A DNA stretch of 64,000 bases. Source: Paraspadella gotoi (lineage: Eukaryota > Animalia > Chaetognatha). Shown here piece by piece: positions 61,631 through 64,000 of the stretch. Under the pieces are notes generated by a model that saw only the letters and a program-made list of their open reading frames with translations, ran no database searches and was not told where the DNA came from. The DNA lies in assembly GCA_051294375.1 (NCBI GenBank), contig CM119264.1, forward strand, positions 13,660,813 through 13,724,812, read 5' to 3'. How positions within the stretch are numbered: position 1 is the stretch's first letter; the number at the start of each line of letters is the position of its first letter. The position numbers and the translations under genes are program-made.

Positions 61631-64000
61631 TGACGATGGATTCGAAAAAGAGAAGACCTATATTGAGACAAAGGACAACGAATCGCTTTGTCCCACTTCT
61701 CTAAATAAATCCAACATCGAAGAACCGAGAGACACGATCGCTGACAAGAACGACGTCATCTCATCTTGTGAGAACGTCGTTTCTGACATCCAAAGGATTC
61801 CCATCATCATCACAAGCGACAACAATCGTCGCGTCGTCATCACCACCGACGGCGGAGATGAAATGGAATCAAAATTCGGCGTAAACAAATCAATTCACGT
61901 CAGAGGCGAGAAAAAAGATGCGGATGGCGGCGCCAAAGTCGACGTCGACGACGTCGACGACGACAACGACGACAACGACGAAAACAAAACGCTTGTTTCT
62001 GACGTCTTGATTGATAATAAAAGGGAGAAGGATAACGACGTCGATAATAAAGACGAAGAGGATGATAAAGAAGACGTCGTTAACGACGATAAGGGCAAGG
62101 ACGAATGCCACGATGTCAGAAATGCTGGACATATCTTCGACGAATTTTCTGAGAGAGATTATTACACTGCGATTAACGAGAATTCACTCGAATTGAAGCA
62201 AGATACTCATAAAAGTTCTTGTAACTCGGAGAAAAGAGGCAAAGACGAGGAAAGCCAGGTTAAAGACCGAAAATCACAACCTCTTGGCGTGGAACAGTTC
62301 CGACGCTTGGAAGGAAAAGCGGAACCCGTCGAAGTTGAGGAAGAAAAAGAGAAAAGGAAAGATGAGTTCCATCGAGCGAATCTCGGCCTCGCCACCGATT
62401 CCTTTGTTGATCCCATTTTTTCCGCCGCGCCCACTTTTGACAGCGACGCGGCTGAGGCCAACGACTCCGACGCCGACGCGTCAACGACAACGACGACGAC
62501 AATCACTTCCGGTCGTGACGACGACGCCGAAATCCACTCGGCGCCGGACACCATCGCTTCCGGCACCGAAACCAGCGCCGATTCCATCGAGAATTCGGGT
62601 CGGGACGGCGACGGCCTTGGCTGCGGCGTCGGTTCCATTGGCGGACAGAGATATTCCATCCTTTTCATCGCAAAACGACGACGAGTTGAGAGAAATTCTT
62701 CTTACAGGAGATCGATTCGGGAAAGAATGGAAGATGATGGAGGAAATGAGGAGGAGGAAGAAGGAGAGGGAGAGAAAGGGGAAAAAGAAGAGGGAGGAAA
62801 AAGAGAGGAAAAGGAAGACGGAGGAAATGAGGAGGAAGAAGAAGGAGAGAGGGAGAAAGGGGAAGGAGAAGAGGGAGGGAAAAGGGAGGAAAAGGGAGAC
62901 ATTGAAAATGAGGAGGAAGAAGAAAGAGAGGGGGAGAGAGGGGAAGGAGAAGTGGGAGGAATAAGGAAGGAAAAGGGAGACGAAAAAAACGAAAAATATT
63001 CAACTTGTTCCGGGGTTGGGGGAGAGACGAAAAATGTGGCTTTATTAAAAGGAAAAACGGTTGGAAGAGAAAAGGAGTTAGGTGTGGAAGAAAAGGAGGA
63101 AAAAAGAGGAAGAGAAAACGAGAGAAAGAAGAAGAAAAAAGAAAAAGGAGGAACGGAAAACAGAGAAGAGAAATTGAAAGCGGAAAAATATGGCGACGCG
63201 AAGAAAAAAGAAGAAGAGGTGGAGAAAATAAATCGAGAGGCGAAAAGGAAAACAAAGACACTCAAGACTGAAATTCCCTCGACCTTTTCAGCATACTCTT
63301 CGTCGTCGTCGTCGTCGTCGCTGTTGCCTCTGCCATCACCGCCAACGCCATCTCCTGCATCGAATCCGTTTTACTCACCCAAGCGAAAACAAATGCCCCC
63401 GAATGAGAATGGAGAAAGTCGACACAAAAAGGATTCCAACATAAAATTTGAATATAAATTTTTTGAGGCGGAGGAGAAAAGATCCGACGAAAAAAACGAC
63501 GACGACGACGACGACGACAACAGCGACGATGAAATCCACGAATCCGCTGCCCTGACGTCAAATCAATCCGACAAAACCGAACTTGCTTCCTTCGTTACAA
63601 TTTCCGCCAACGAAAACAAAAAATTGAAAGACGCAATCGACCAACTAGCGGGTGATTCAAAGCATAAACTAACGAAGAATGAAAGGAGAAATGAAGACGT
63701 CACATTCGACGCGCCAACAGTTGTCAATCCTCAGATTCACTTTCACTGCTACCCGGTGATTAACCCGCTGATTAACCCGGTGATCCAACCTGGGATTCCA
63801 TGCGCCGCACTCTGTCGAAATCTCTTTCTTCGAGGCCTCCATCCCTTGGACCGACTCCGAGGTTCCGAACGATGGGTCATGCCCGATCACTATCAATATC
63901 GCTGGGGTCGAGAAGGAGGATCAGCGTTCTCGACGGGTCACGATGCCAGGCAAGCGGTTCCTCACAGGATCTTTCAATCTTACAACAATCAGTCAGGCAA
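61617..64000 (+). CDS. Second long open frame (794 codons, acidic, runs off the window end), probable continuation of the 59705 ORF
   Basis: My manual translation NHQRSDDGFEKEKTYIETKDNESLCPT...HRIFQSYNNQSG has no stop from 61617 to the window end. The first ATG is at 61863. It is absent from the ORF track because it has no stop. Confidence 0.75.
62736..62978 (+). repeat. In-frame 81-bp (27-aa) Glu/Gly/Lys-rich tandem repeat x3
   Basis: Units start at 62736, 62817 and 62898: DGGNEEEEEGEGEKGEKEEGGKREEKE / DGGNEEEEEGEREKGEGEEGGKREEKG / DIENEEEEEREGERGEGEVGGIRKEKG. Confidence 0.9.

Overview
This is AT-rich, microsatellite-laden eukaryotic (invertebrate-like) genomic DNA from a draft assembly. 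It has many N gaps, allelic overlaps around short gaps and indel-noisy duplicated stretches (about 20-22 kb and 29-39 kb). No prokaryotic operon, CRISPR array, rRNA or tRNA is seen, and most ORF-track entries are microsatellite or N-gap artefacts. Four things are supportable. (1) A spliced minus-strand trypsin-fold (S1A) gene at 16758-19124, reconstructed from five exons. It keeps Asp102, but the GDSGGP motif reads EDIGFLSPFGAP and there is no IVGG activation site, so it is a likely pseudo-protease. (2) Three orphan low-complexity coding regions: 1038-1460 (+3175-3279), 45494-47203 with a His/Asp/Cys pentapeptide repeat, and a >4.2-kb pair of abutting open frames at 59705-64000 separated by one frame change. 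(3) A 6.7-kb nest of mobile DNA at 32323-39037. About 1.2-kb terminal inverted repeats enclose a Helentron-type element, a mariner remnant and a Penelope-like insertion with two inverted minimal hammerhead ribozymes. (4) Most striking, three unrelated fold-back insertions (3979-4081, 8916-9146, 36627-37620) share one architecture: exact 13-bp direct repeat, inverted repeat, 31-39-nt unpaired tail, 13-bp direct repeat. The two tiny palindromes may therefore be extreme truncation products of Penelope-like integration.
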